Below are positions 10,892-20,252 of a stretch of 64,000 nucleotides of DNA, piece after piece. A program made the position numbers and the translations under genes. The notes under the pieces were generated by a model that saw only the letters and a list, made by a program, of their open reading frames with translations, did no database searches and had not been told where the DNA came from. Within the stretch, counting starts at the first letter, position 1; each line of letters opens with the position of its first letter. The DNA comes from Candidatus Brocadiia bacterium (GTDB lineage: Bacteria > Planctomycetota > Brocadiia > SM23-32): contig JBKHIT010000008.1 of assembly GCA_046538485.1 (NCBI GenBank), forward strand, positions 1-64,000. Direction: 5' to 3'.

Positions 10892-11050
10892 TAACCCATA
10901 CCATAATACACAGCAAGGGCAATGCCTACAAGCGATCTCTGACGGAAACGTCCGCCACTATGATTGCGCTCATTCGCCCGCTACGCGTGGAATTTTTTCA
11001 GGGGACAATATCCGCAACGCAGGAGGGCGAAATCATGCCGCTTCCCGGAG

Positions 11051-11800
11051 CTATTCGCCCTCATCTTCCGGTGACGAATAGTCTGATTTCGCTTGCTCCC
11101 CGAATTCCCTGCTGGGGTCTGGCAAAATTGACGCCGGGTTCATACCATCAGCCCTCCGCCTTTCACGAATCTTTTCAACTTCGTTCCGGGGCAAAATCTT
11201 CAGCACACTGGCCGTCTTGACCCGGACCACCAGCCGCGCGGTTTGTTCCACGCGCTCCAGTTTTCTATACGCTCCAAGAAGCGTTTTATCGACTGTCACG
11301 CACCCATGGCGATCCATTACGACAGCATCGTGATCCGAAATCCATCCGCGAATTGCCTGGGCAGATTCTTCAGACGATGGTATAGCATAATCGGCGGTAG
11401 GTATTGACCCAATATGATAGAGAACTTCGGGGAGAACGGGACGGGCGAGCGAAAATCCCGCCGCACTTGCCGCAAGTACCCAGGGCGGATGCGCATGCAC
11501 CACGGCCCCAATATCCGGCCGCAAACCGTAAGTGACAAGATGCAGACGCCACTCGGCCGTGGGCTCCCCCTCGCCTTCTCGTACGTTTCCGTCCCCATCC
11601 GTAGCAACAACATCTTCGGGCTCGATTTCTCCCAGACAGCAACCCGTGGGCGTAAAAAGATATCCTTGATTGGTCAACCGCGTGCTGATATTGCCATCGG
11701 TCGAAACCACATATTCCCTTTCATACATGCGGCGTCCGATTTCGCAGATAAATTGCCGTAAATCTTCCTCATTCATCTGGTTCTCGTTCATCTCAGGCAT
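11051..11800 (-). CDS. Class II aldolase/adducin family protein
   Basis: DGNIS.R, TPTG, EWRLH, VVHAHP and RHG motifs, including the Zn-binding histidines. Confidence 0.9.
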   Translation of the reverse strand: MPEMNENQMNEEDLRQFICEIGRRMYEREYVVSTDGNISTRLTNQGYLFTPTGCCLGEIEPEDVVATDGDGNVREGEGEPTAEWRLHLVTYGLRPDIGAVVHAHPPWVLAASAAGFSLARPVLPEVLYHIGSIPTADYAIPSSEESAQAIRGWISDHDAVVMDRHGCVTVDKTLLGAYRKLERVEQTARLVVRVKTASVLKILPRNEVEKIRERRRADGMNPASILPDPSREFGEQAKSDYSSPEDEGE

Positions 11801-13562
11801 GTTCTCCTAAGTTAAGATCTTCGATAAATTTTTCGATCAGCTCATGCACCTGCCCGGCTTCGCTTGCATCGCAGGACTCCGAGGCCATTCGTTCGCACTC
11901 CCCGGTATCAAGTTGCCCGATTGTGTAGCGCACGTATGGCGCGGTTTGAATGTTCACGCTCAATTTTCTGTATCCTAATCCAATCAGAAGCGGGATATAA
12001 GACAGGTCGCTCGCCGTAACCCCGCAGACACTGATGTCCATTCCGAATTCCTGGCCGGTACGAGAGATCTGGTCAAGTAACCTCACCACCGCAGGATGGC
12101 AGGGGTCATAAGCATCAACCATACGTTCGGAGTTGCGATCAGCAGCCAGGACGTATTGTACAAGATCGTTCGTTCCAACCGTCGCGAAATCCGACAACTC
12201 AAGCATTTCAGGCAGGACATGGACGCAGGAGGGCACCTCGATCATGATCCCCTGGGGAATTTCTTCGGCGGTCTCATAACCGGCCTCGCGGACATCGCTC
12301 CAAGCTTCTTCAAACGCTTCCCTGGCTTCCTGCAAATCCTCGACGCTCGCCACCATGGGGTAAAGGACCTTCACAAACCCATTTGCGCTGGCTCGAATCA
12401 TAGCCCTGAGTTGGGGAAGCAGCAATTCCTGTTTTCTCTCAAGAATAAGGCGCAGACCTCTCAATCCGATGAAAGGATTCTCCTCATGCGCCAGCGGGAT
12501 AGAAGGGGGAAATTTATCCCCGCCGATATCCAGCACCCGCAATATAACACCTTCATCAGCGAAGGCCTCGGCCGCCCGCGAATACCCCTGAGCCAACTCG
12601 TCTTCATCGGGCAAATTTGAACGGCTTAAATATTGGAACTCCGTTCGATAAAGTCCTATTCCTTCCAGGTTGTATTTCACAGCATTCTCAATATCCCCGG
12701 GGCGGCCCACATTGCCCCGAACCTGAATCCGAACCCCGTCCTTCGTAAACGGCTCGGCTTCCGTTTCCTCAATTATTTCTCGGCGAGTCGACTGAAACTG
12801 ACGGGCCCGGCTTTCAAAACGTTTCTTAACTTCAGGTTCGGGCTCTGCTATAACAAATCCCTCCATCCCATCGACCACGACTGGCATACCATTGACAAGC
12901 TCGTCAGTAATGTTCAGCAAGCCTGTCACCGCGGGGATTCCGAGTGACCGCGCGAGAATCGCAGCGTGTGACGTATACCCGCCTTTTTCTGTCGCAAAAG
13001 CGAGAATCTTCTCGCGGTCCATGTGAACAGTAAGCGAAGGGACAAGATGGGTTGATACGACCACCGAAGGCTCGTCCAGTTTGGAAACTAATTCACCGTC
13101 GACAAAGAGCAATTTTGCAAGAATACGCTGTCCCACATCTCGTATATCCGCGCCCCGGTCGTGGAGATATTCGTCTTCGAGGGATTCCATTATGTCCTCG
13201 AAACGCCTCACCACTTCAGACAGGGCCGATTCGGCGTTCATCTGTTCCTGAGAAATGCGTTTTTCCGTCTCAGCCAGCAAAGTCGGATCTTCTGCCATCA
13301 TTACCTGCGACCGAATAAGTTCCGCCTCACGGGAACTCACATTTTCTTCGACACGTTCGGCCATCTGTTGAAGCTCTTGCTTCGCTCTGGAACAAGCATC
13401 CCGGAACCGCTCAATTTCGCGCTGGACATGTTCCTGTTCGATCTCATGGCTTGGCACTTTCACCGGAAAATGCGTCGCGTCCACGACGCGGGCTTTGCCT
13501 ACAGCAAATCCGCGGGCAACCGATGTTCCCTTGAATTTCCGGTTTCCGTGGTTTATGCCCAT
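11793..13562 (-). CDS. ptsI: Phosphoenolpyruvate-protein phosphotransferase (PTS enzyme I)
   Basis: GGYTSHAAILARS (phospho-His), GIGLYRTEF, DIGGDK, ENPFIGLRG, GIMIEVP and GTNDLVQY. Confidence 0.92.
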   Translation of the reverse strand: MGINHGNRKFKGTSVARGFAVGKARVVDATHFPVKVPSHEIEQEHVQREIERFRDACSRAKQELQQMAERVEENVSSREAELIRSQVMMAEDPTLLAETEKRISQEQMNAESALSEVVRRFEDIMESLEDEYLHDRGADIRDVGQRILAKLLFVDGELVSKLDEPSVVVSTHLVPSLTVHMDREKILAFATEKGGYTSHAAILARSLGIPAVTGLLNITDELVNGMPVVVDGMEGFVIAEPEPEVKKRFESRARQFQSTRREIIEETEAEPFTKDGVRIQVRGNVGRPGDIENAVKYNLEGIGLYRTEFQYLSRSNLPDEDELAQGYSRAAEAFADEGVILRVLDIGGDKFPPSIPLAHEENPFIGLRGLRLILERKQELLLPQLRAMIRASANGFVKVLYPMVASVEDLQEAREAFEEAWSDVREAGYETAEEIPQGIMIEVPSCVHVLPEMLELSDFATVGTNDLVQYVLAADRNSERMVDAYDPCHPAVVRLLDQISRTGQEFGMDISVCGVTASDLSYIPLLIGLGYRKLSVNIQTAPYVRYTIGQLDTGECERMASESCDASEAGQVHELIEKFIEDLNLGEHA

Positions 13563-13568
13563 TTGATA

Positions 13569-13751
13569 TTATTCTTCCAAATGCTCGAGCTTATCCCGAA
13601 GCGCAGACGCGTGCCAGCTTTCGTTCATCGCAAATTGTTCAAACATTTCCTTGATCCGTTCGTCGATCACTGCTTCTGTATACTGCCGATACAAACGGAT
13701 GGCTTCCTCTTCATGTTCGAGCGCATCTTTCAACATCTCTTTATCGGTCAT
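13569..13751 (-). CDS. Small ferritin-like/rubrerythrin half-domain protein (60 aa)
   Basis: LKDALEHEEEAIRLY...F...A.NESWH pattern and a strong GGGAGGT RBS. Confidence 0.75.
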   Translation of the reverse strand: MTDKEMLKDALEHEEEAIRLYRQYTEAVIDERIKEMFEQFAMNESWHASALRDKLEHLEE

Positions 13752-14063
13752 GATACCTCCCTAAAAATGCTCCTCCAAAACATTATCAAAACATTATTAT
13801 CCGGGCGCACCCGGGAATAGTGCAACCGAACCGAACCAAAAAGCACCGGGCTTTCCACAAACTGGTTGTAATCCGAACGACAACAACGGTTATTTCTCGC
13901 CGGGTGTGAAGCGCGATTGCCGCTTTAGAGGACCATTTTTAGAAACCGGCAATTTGCGATCCCTTCCAGATTTTGCAATCCGCCTTGAAGGCAAATTGCG
14001 CCTCTTCGTTAGCTTTTGCTGGCTGCCGTACTTCTCCGCCCTAAAAAGCCAGCGCTCTCATTT

Positions 14064-14093
14064 TTGAAAATCACTGGAGCGGATCCCTATACT
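14064..14093 (+). promoter_or_regulatory. Putative sigma70 promoter for alr
   Basis: TTGAAA-N18-TATACT. Confidence 0.5.
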
Positions 14094-14141
14094 TACCGGT
14101 GCTCATTGGTCGGACAAACCCCCTAAAGGGAGAAAATCATT

Positions 14142-15362
14142 ATGGCGCGGCCCACTTTTGCCAGAATTGATCTCGACGCCATCATGCAAAACGTCAGGGC
14201 CGTGAAAAACATACCGGGGGTAAAGAAAATCTGCGCGGCCGTCAAAGCCGATGCATACGGGCATGGCGCTCCTGCGGTTGCAAAAGTTATGAGCGCTGCC
14301 GGAGTCGATATCTTTGCGGTCGCGATGACGGAAGAAGCCGTTGAGCTCCGTCAGGCGGGCATAACCGAACCCATAATCCTGTTAACCACCGTGCCCGAAG
14401 ATGATATCGAAACGATTCTCCGGTGGGGAATCACATCCTGTATCACAGACGAAAAGTTCGCCCGCCGTCTCTCTCAAGTGGCCAAACAAAAAGGGTTCCA
14501 GGCCACTGCACACATTAACATTGATACCGGCATGCATCGCGTGGGGATTCCTCACGATGAGGCCACCGACACCATCTTGAGAATCGCCCAGCTGCCTGCC
14601 CTTGGCATCACTGGAATTTTCACGCATTTTGCCTGCTCCGAAGATAGAGTGATTTCCCGGGAACAGCTCAGACTTTTCAACGGGATCATAGCCAACCTCA
14701 AAAGCAGTGGATATACCCCCCCTCTTCTCCACGTTGCGAACAGCACCGCAACCTTGACCATGCCCGAAGCGTACATGGACTGCGTACGGCCCGGACTGAT
14801 TCTCTACGGGATGCTCCCACCTGCAATCAATAAGCCGGCTGTGGACCTGAGGCCAGCTATGTCACTGCACACCCGGGTTTCCTTCTGTAAAGACGTGCCG
14901 GCCGGAGCCAAACTGGGATACGGCCATACCTATCGCACCTGGCGTCAGTCCACAATAGTCACCCTCCCTCTCGGCTATCACGATGGCTACGTGCGTCAAT
15001 ACTCCAATAAAGGGCTCGTCTTAATACGCGGCCGAAGGGCGCCTGTGGTCGGCCGGGTTTGCATGGATCAGACACTGGCAGACGCCACAGATATACCGGG
15101 CGCGGAAAGCGGCGACGACGTGGTCATCTACGGCGAACAGAAAGGACGTCGCATTCGTATTGAGGAGATGGCCGCCGATCTGGGGCGTATCCCCTACGAA
15201 CTTACATGTTCGGTGGGTGGAAGGGTTCGTCGCAAGTATGTACTCGAAGGGGAGATCATAGGCGAAACCCCCATGAGATCTTTCGTTCCCCGCAATATCG
15301 TAGAACGTATCCAACCTGGCGCTACCTACCAAAAGACCTCCCAACGGCGGGAAGTCGCTTGA
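14142..15362 (+). CDS. alr: Alanine racemase
   Basis: AVKADAYGHG PLP-lysine motif, DTGMHRVG, RPGLILYG and GRVCMDQ. Confidence 0.95.
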   Translation: MARPTFARIDLDAIMQNVRAVKNIPGVKKICAAVKADAYGHGAPAVAKVMSAAGVDIFAVAMTEEAVELRQAGITEPIILLTTVPEDDIETILRWGITSCITDEKFARRLSQVAKQKGFQATAHINIDTGMHRVGIPHDEATDTILRIAQLPALGITGIFTHFACSEDRVISREQLRLFNGIIANLKSSGYTPPLLHVANSTATLTMPEAYMDCVRPGLILYGMLPPAINKPAVDLRPAMSLHTRVSFCKDVPAGAKLGYGHTYRTWRQSTIVTLPLGYHDGYVRQYSNKGLVLIRGRRAPVVGRVCMDQTLADATDIPGAESGDDVVIYGEQKGRRIRIEEMAADLGRIPYELTCSVGGRVRRKYVLEGEIIGETPMRSFVPRNIVERIQPGATYQKTSQRREVA

Positions 15363-15624
15363 TATAGGTAGTTGTCTGGAGCGCTTCTGGACCTGAAATC
15401 CCAAACCCCATTCCAGCCGAACTTATGGGCTTAGAGCTATCCCCCCGCCCTGATTTAGTCCCTCCAGTATATGCCTGTGAAACCCAAATAACCCTTTCAT
15501 TCGACATTTGTGCCGGGTTATTCAGACCGCTTGCAGCTTACTTCTGGTAGACACAGGAGGTTCGAAAACTATTTTTGCGGTTCGGTGCCTTAAATCTTAC
15601 AACGGATTGGCACGGAACAAACAG

Positions 15625-15653
15625 TTGATAAACTTCTCAAAAGAGCATAATAT
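15625..15653 (+). promoter_or_regulatory. Putative sigma70 promoter for the mglA-like/dprA genes
   Basis: TTGATA-N17-TAATAT, implying a ~150 nt leader. Confidence 0.5.
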
Positions 15654-15808
15654 GACATGGATTATTCTTCCGTGCTTCTGTTTGCCAGCTCAGGCTGGAC
15701 CCTGTCGCCCGCCACCGTTGCCAGCCGTTTGGGGTGGACGGTTCACGCACCGACGAAAAGTGTACCGGAGCAAGTTTAGCATAAGTTCTCAGACAGGAAT
15801 GTGACCGT

Positions 15809-16396
15809 ATGCCGAGTATCGACGTCAAGCGCAAAAGAATTGGCGCCAAAATTGTATATTATGGACCCGGTTTATCCGGCAAAACGGCTAATCTTAATTA
15901 CCTTCACGACCATCTTAAGACCGAATACCGTGGTCGGCTCGTATCTTTGTCCGTCAAAGGTGGAGAAGGCCAGCAGATTGACCTCCTTCCTGTAAAATTC
16001 GGCAGCATTCGAGGATTCGATGTAACGTATAACCTCTGTACCGTTCCGGGACAGGCATTTTTCAACCAAACCCGGAAATTGGTGCTAAAGGGAACAGACG
16101 GTGTTGTTTTTGTCGCCGACTCCCGACAGACACGCATGGCAGCAAATGTCGATTCTCTCCAAAATCTCCAGGAGAATCTCGAAGCGCATGATATTCGGCT
16201 CGAACATGTGCCCCATGTCATGCAGTATAACCAGCGGGACCGGGACAATACTTTGCCCGTAGCCGAACTCAGGGCAAAATTGAATATACACGGCGTTCTT
16301 GAGTTTGAGGCAAGTACCGAAACCGGCGAGGGTGTTATGGAAACACTCAAGGCAGTTGTTCAAATTGTGCGGGAAGATATCGAGGATCGCCTGTAG
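15809..16396 (+). CDS. MglA-family small GTPase (degenerate switch I and G4)
   Basis: KIVYYGPGLSGKT, TVPGQ, RKLVLKGTDGVVFVADS and QYNQRD. Confidence 0.85.
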   Translation: MPSIDVKRKRIGAKIVYYGPGLSGKTANLNYLHDHLKTEYRGRLVSLSVKGGEGQQIDLLPVKFGSIRGFDVTYNLCTVPGQAFFNQTRKLVLKGTDGVVFVADSRQTRMAANVDSLQNLQENLEAHDIRLEHVPHVMQYNQRDRDNTLPVAELRAKLNIHGVLEFEASTETGEGVMETLKAVVQIVREDIEDRL

Positions 16397-16444
16397 AGAC
16401 AGCGACTTTGGCCGGTATTTTCCTTCCCGTAAAAAATTTTTACC

Positions 16445-17419
16445 ATGGTTAAAATGGACCTCAGCCACAGTGAATTATGCGTGCTCAGTCTGGCAGTCAC
16501 ACAGGGGATAGGGCCGGTAACCATCCACCGACTTATCGATGCTGCGCAGCAATCGGGGTTCCCGCTTAGGAAACTCCTTGCCCGCACTCCTGATGAATTA
16601 GCTCGATATGCCGGGCTCACACCTGGTTTAGCAGCACGTATAGCCAATATCGAAAGCCCTGTTTCCAAGGGGAAGCGGATCTTACAGGAGCTCACACGCA
16701 ACGGAGTGCGCATTGTTTTTGAATCGAACCCGGAGCATCCTCCGGCCATGCGAGAAGCGCTGGGACATTCCAACCCGTCTGTCCTGTTTATTAAAGGATG
16801 TGCCAACCCCTCTGAGAAACCGGCCATCGGCGTGGTGGGATCCCGTGCTCCTTCCCCCGAAGCCGCCGAATCGGCCCGGCAATTCGCTCAGGCGCAATCG
16901 CATTTCGGCAGGATTATCGTCAGCGGAGGAGCAAGGGGCATCGATTCGGCCGCACATCGAGGCGCCCTCTCCACCGGAGGGTCGACAGCTATTATTCCCC
17001 CGACCGGCGTTATGAATTTCAAATGGCGTCATATCTCCGCCCACACACTCGCAAATGGGTCGTGGTGTCTGCTGGGGCAATTCCCTCCCCACGACCCATG
17101 GCGATCACGCAACGCACTGCAGCGCAACCGTAGCATTGTGGCGATGAGTCGGGCTATCCTCGGGTTCGAACCACGAGACCACGGCGGAACGTGGCATAGC
17201 TGCATAACGACACTCAAAATGCGAAAGCCCCTTTTTGTCGTCGGCTACCGCCAGAATCCCGAGCATCGGCGGGGGCTGAAACGGCTCGTTCGTCTTGGAG
17301 CTGTCGCGCTCGACCGCGAGACCATGCCGACGCCTGCGGAGTTTGAACAAATGGTACAAAAATATGAGCCTCCACCTCTCGCCGAACAGCTTTCGCTTTT
17401 CCCCGAACTGATGGGATAG
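16445..17419 (+). CDS. dprA: DNA-processing protein DprA/SMF family
   Basis: GIGPVT, VVGSR, IVSGGARGIDSAAHRGAL and RNRSIVAMS. Confidence 0.85.
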   Translation: MVKMDLSHSELCVLSLAVTQGIGPVTIHRLIDAAQQSGFPLRKLLARTPDELARYAGLTPGLAARIANIESPVSKGKRILQELTRNGVRIVFESNPEHPPAMREALGHSNPSVLFIKGCANPSEKPAIGVVGSRAPSPEAAESARQFAQAQSHFGRIIVSGGARGIDSAAHRGALSTGGSTAIIPPTGVMNFKWRHISAHTLANGSWCLLGQFPPHDPWRSRNALQRNRSIVAMSRAILGFEPRDHGGTWHSCITTLKMRKPLFVVGYRQNPEHRRGLKRLVRLGAVALDRETMPTPAEFEQMVQKYEPPPLAEQLSLFPELMG

Positions 17420-17431
17420 AGTTTCCTCGAT

Positions 17432-17460
17432 TTGACGCGGCGTAATCGCCGAAGTAATGT
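17432..17460 (+). promoter_or_regulatory. Putative sigma70 promoter
   Basis: TTGACG-N17-TAATGT upstream of the PfkB kinase. Confidence 0.55.
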
Positions 17461-17536
17461 CTATTATCTACCCTGCTTGGTATTGAGTGTAAAAGAACTT
17501 TTCTTAATCTTGTCTGTGAACTGAGGTTATGCTGTT

Positions 17537-18466
17537 ATGACTTCACTGCTTGTAGTGGGCTCAGTAGCCCTTGATACGCTGGAAACTCCGTTTGGGATCG
17601 CGGAATCGGTTCTGGGCGGTTCGGCCGTATACTTCTCTCTGGCTTCACGATTGTTCGCCCCCGTGGGACTCGTCAGTGTCGTGGGTGAAGATTTTCCTCG
17701 GGAACACCGTACCCTGCTGGAAAAACAGGGCATCGGGCTTGACGGTCTCGTTGTCAAACCCGGCGAAACTTTCCGATGGAACGGGGCTTACGAGGGAGCA
17801 ATGAACCAAGCCGAGACCCGCGAAGTTCAACTCAATGTATTCGGCGATTTCCGACCTGACGTGCCGGCCCAATATCGCGACACAGAATTCGTATTTCTGG
17901 CCAATTCTTCCCCGCATACTCAAACCCACGTCTGCCGGCAGTTTCCAGAAGCAGAATTCATTCTCGCCGATACGATGAACCTGTGGATCGAGACCGAGAG
18001 GGAAGCGTTACTGGAACTTTTCGGTTTAATTGACGGTCTCATTCTGAACGACGAAGAAGCACGACAGCTAACAGAAAAACATAATCTTATAGCTGCGGGG
18101 CGGTGGGTTCTCGATCAGGGGCCGGCATTCTGCATAATTAAAAAAGCAGAACATGGTGCGATGTTGATCGGTCGCGATGATTTATTTGTTCTGCCCGGAT
18201 TCCCCACCATGGAAGTCCGTGACCCAACTGGGGCCGGCGATTCTTTTGCCGGCGGGTTCATGGGTTACGCTGCCCATCGGCAGGACTTTACCTACAGGGT
18301 TTTGCGGGCGGCACTGGCGTACGGCACTATTGTAGCTTCATTCACCATTGAGGATTTTGGCACACAGCGCCTTTGTGAAATTGGGGCGGAGGACCTTCAA
18401 GAACGCTACAAAAACTACCTGCGGATGTGCCATTTGCCGGACGCGCCTGGAACTCAGCAATTTTGA
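17537..18466 (+). CDS. PfkB-family carbohydrate kinase
   Basis: VGSVALD, LGGSA, DTMNLWI and DPTGAGDSFAGG. Confidence 0.92.
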   Translation: MTSLLVVGSVALDTLETPFGIAESVLGGSAVYFSLASRLFAPVGLVSVVGEDFPREHRTLLEKQGIGLDGLVVKPGETFRWNGAYEGAMNQAETREVQLNVFGDFRPDVPAQYRDTEFVFLANSSPHTQTHVCRQFPEAEFILADTMNLWIETEREALLELFGLIDGLILNDEEARQLTEKHNLIAAGRWVLDQGPAFCIIKKAEHGAMLIGRDDLFVLPGFPTMEVRDPTGAGDSFAGGFMGYAAHRQDFTYRVLRAALAYGTIVASFTIEDFGTQRLCEIGAEDLQERYKNYLRMCHLPDAPGTQQF

Positions 18467-18483
18467 TCTGAGCAAATCCCCGT

Positions 18484-18759
18484 TTATTGGCTGCTTTCCG
18501 TCAGGTCATTAAGCATTTTCTGGCAGCTGGATTGCCGCCGGGCTGCGGTATTTTCGTGCATTATGTTTTTAGAAACGGCCTGGTGCAGAAGTTTCGTGTA
18601 GAAATCCAGTTGTTCCCGGGCTTCTTCCGCATCGCCGTGTTCAACAGCTCGTTCAAATTTCTTGCGTTCGGTACCTAATCGGCTTTTGATCGATTTGTTG
18701 TGTTGGCGTCGTTTTTTGTTTTGGCGCAACGCCTTCTCTGCGGATGGTCGTTGAGGCAA
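18484..18759 (-). CDS. rpsT: 30S ribosomal protein S20
   Basis: SAEKALRQNKKRRQHNKSIKS...HENTAARRQS. TTG start with a GGGAG RBS. Confidence 0.92.
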   Translation of the reverse strand: MPQRPSAEKALRQNKKRRQHNKSIKSRLGTERKKFERAVEHGDAEEAREQLDFYTKLLHQAVSKNIMHENTAARRQSSCQKMLNDLTESSQ

Positions 18760-18801
18760 TGTAATCTCCCTGAATTCAATGTTTCGAAGAAAGTGTTACT
18801 A

Positions 18802-20160
18802 TCATTCGGAAAGGGCTTCGACTTTTTCAGCAACGTCACGGAAGTTAATATCGTTTGAATAGATTTCTTTGTACTTTTTGAGCGCTTTTTCAGTGTCTCC
18901 CATTTTTTCGAGGGCCATAGCGAGCAAGTATCGCAGGTTCATGCCTTTTTCATCCTTGGCGGGATGCCGGTCCACCGCTCTCTCAAACTGTTCGGCGGCA
19001 AGGTCATACTGCCCTTTTTCCATAAAACAGCGCCCGAGCATTGTAGCCCCCTCCAATTCCAAGCGGGGGTCTTTGGCAGCCTGTTGGAATTCAGACATTG
19101 CATTTTTAATGTCGCCAGACTGGAAAAGAGCATGTCCGTAGTTCAGGCGCAGCTCGCGGTCCGTGGGGTGTTGTTCAACGCGCCATTGGTATTCCTGTCT
19201 GGTAAGATCCTTACATTTTTCCTCAAGCTTTTTCTTGCGTTCTTCCAGTTCTTCGTTCTCGGGCTTCTCTTTGAGTTGAGCCTCAGCATCTTTGAGAGCC
19301 CGGGCACAGATCTCCATTCTTATATTTCCAAGCGTTTCCCGGATCTCAAAATTCTTCGGCATTCGGTTATTCGCTTCTCGCAGGAACTGCAAAGCAGTCT
19401 CCATATCTCCCTCTTCGGCATGCATTTTCGCGAGGCGAACAATCTTATTTACATTTTCAGGATCTTGTTTAATCTCTTGCGCGAGTTCCTCCATTGCTTT
19501 TTGCTTCTTTTCACTCGCGGTTTCAAAATCTTCGTCTTTTGCGGAACTCTGAGCAAATTCTTCGTCCCGTATCATCTCGCGGAAACTCTCAGCGTCTTCC
19601 ATATGCGTATCCTGCATGTGGGCTTGCGCTTGCATGTTTTTGACGCGGGATTCAAGGCGCCGGTCTTCGGGTGAGAGGTCGGATAACCTTCTGAGATATT
19701 TAAGGGCTTCCCCAATCCTTCCGTCTTCCTCGAGCGCATTACCCAGCGTGCGCAGGGCGCCTTTATGTTCGGGATTCACCGCAAGAACATCTTTGAGTAT
19801 CGAAATCGACGCTTCATCCAAACCGCATTTTCTGGCGGCCTTTCCCGCCATAAGAAGCGCATGACTGCTATCAGGATTATATTCAAGGTAATCTTCCCAT
19901 TTTTCCAGCTTTTTGTTGGCGTCACCGAAGCAAAGAGTGGCTCTCAAATACGGCCAAGTGCCCTTAATCATACACAGCAGGGAATATGTTAAACTATCGT
20001 TTTCTTCCTTTCGGCGCCGTTCCGTTCCCCGCAAGAGAACCCGAGCCCTGGGGTATTCCGGCTCGATCCTGAGAACCTCACGAAACAGCTCAATAGCATA
20101 TTCGTAATTGCCCTTATTCGCGGCTTCACACGCTTTCTCGTATAAATCTTCAACAGCCAC
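18802..20160 (-). CDS. TPR protein
   Basis: Multiple TPR repeats and a C-terminal YKEIYSNDINFRDV motif of a type common in PVC genomes. Confidence 0.8.
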   Translation of the reverse strand: MAVEDLYEKACEAANKGNYEYAIELFREVLRIEPEYPRARVLLRGTERRRKEENDSLTYSLLCMIKGTWPYLRATLCFGDANKKLEKWEDYLEYNPDSSHALLMAGKAARKCGLDEASISILKDVLAVNPEHKGALRTLGNALEEDGRIGEALKYLRRLSDLSPEDRRLESRVKNMQAQAHMQDTHMEDAESFREMIRDEEFAQSSAKDEDFETASEKKQKAMEELAQEIKQDPENVNKIVRLAKMHAEEGDMETALQFLREANNRMPKNFEIRETLGNIRMEICARALKDAEAQLKEKPENEELEERKKKLEEKCKDLTRQEYQWRVEQHPTDRELRLNYGHALFQSGDIKNAMSEFQQAAKDPRLELEGATMLGRCFMEKGQYDLAAEQFERAVDRHPAKDEKGMNLRYLLAMALEKMGDTEKALKKYKEIYSNDINFRDVAEKVEALSE

Positions 20161-20203
20161 CAGATATCTCCGCTAAATACAGTGTATAACGTCTCTTGTG
20201 TCT

Positions 20204-20232
20204 AAACTACCGCTCGCATCCACTTCTGTCAA
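20204..20232 (-). promoter_or_regulatory. Putative sigma70 promoter
   Basis: TTGACA-N17-TAGTTT on the minus strand. Confidence 0.5.
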
Positions 20233-20252
20233 ATGACTATGTCCGGTCCAAA

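Noticed and set aside
13949..13999. Inverted repeat GCAATTTGC/GCAAATTGC in a divergent promoter region
   Set aside because: Real but short. It cannot be distinguished from an ordinary operator or from chance.
15607..15625. Sigma54 promoter (TTGGCACG)
   Set aside because: No TTGC at the -12 position.
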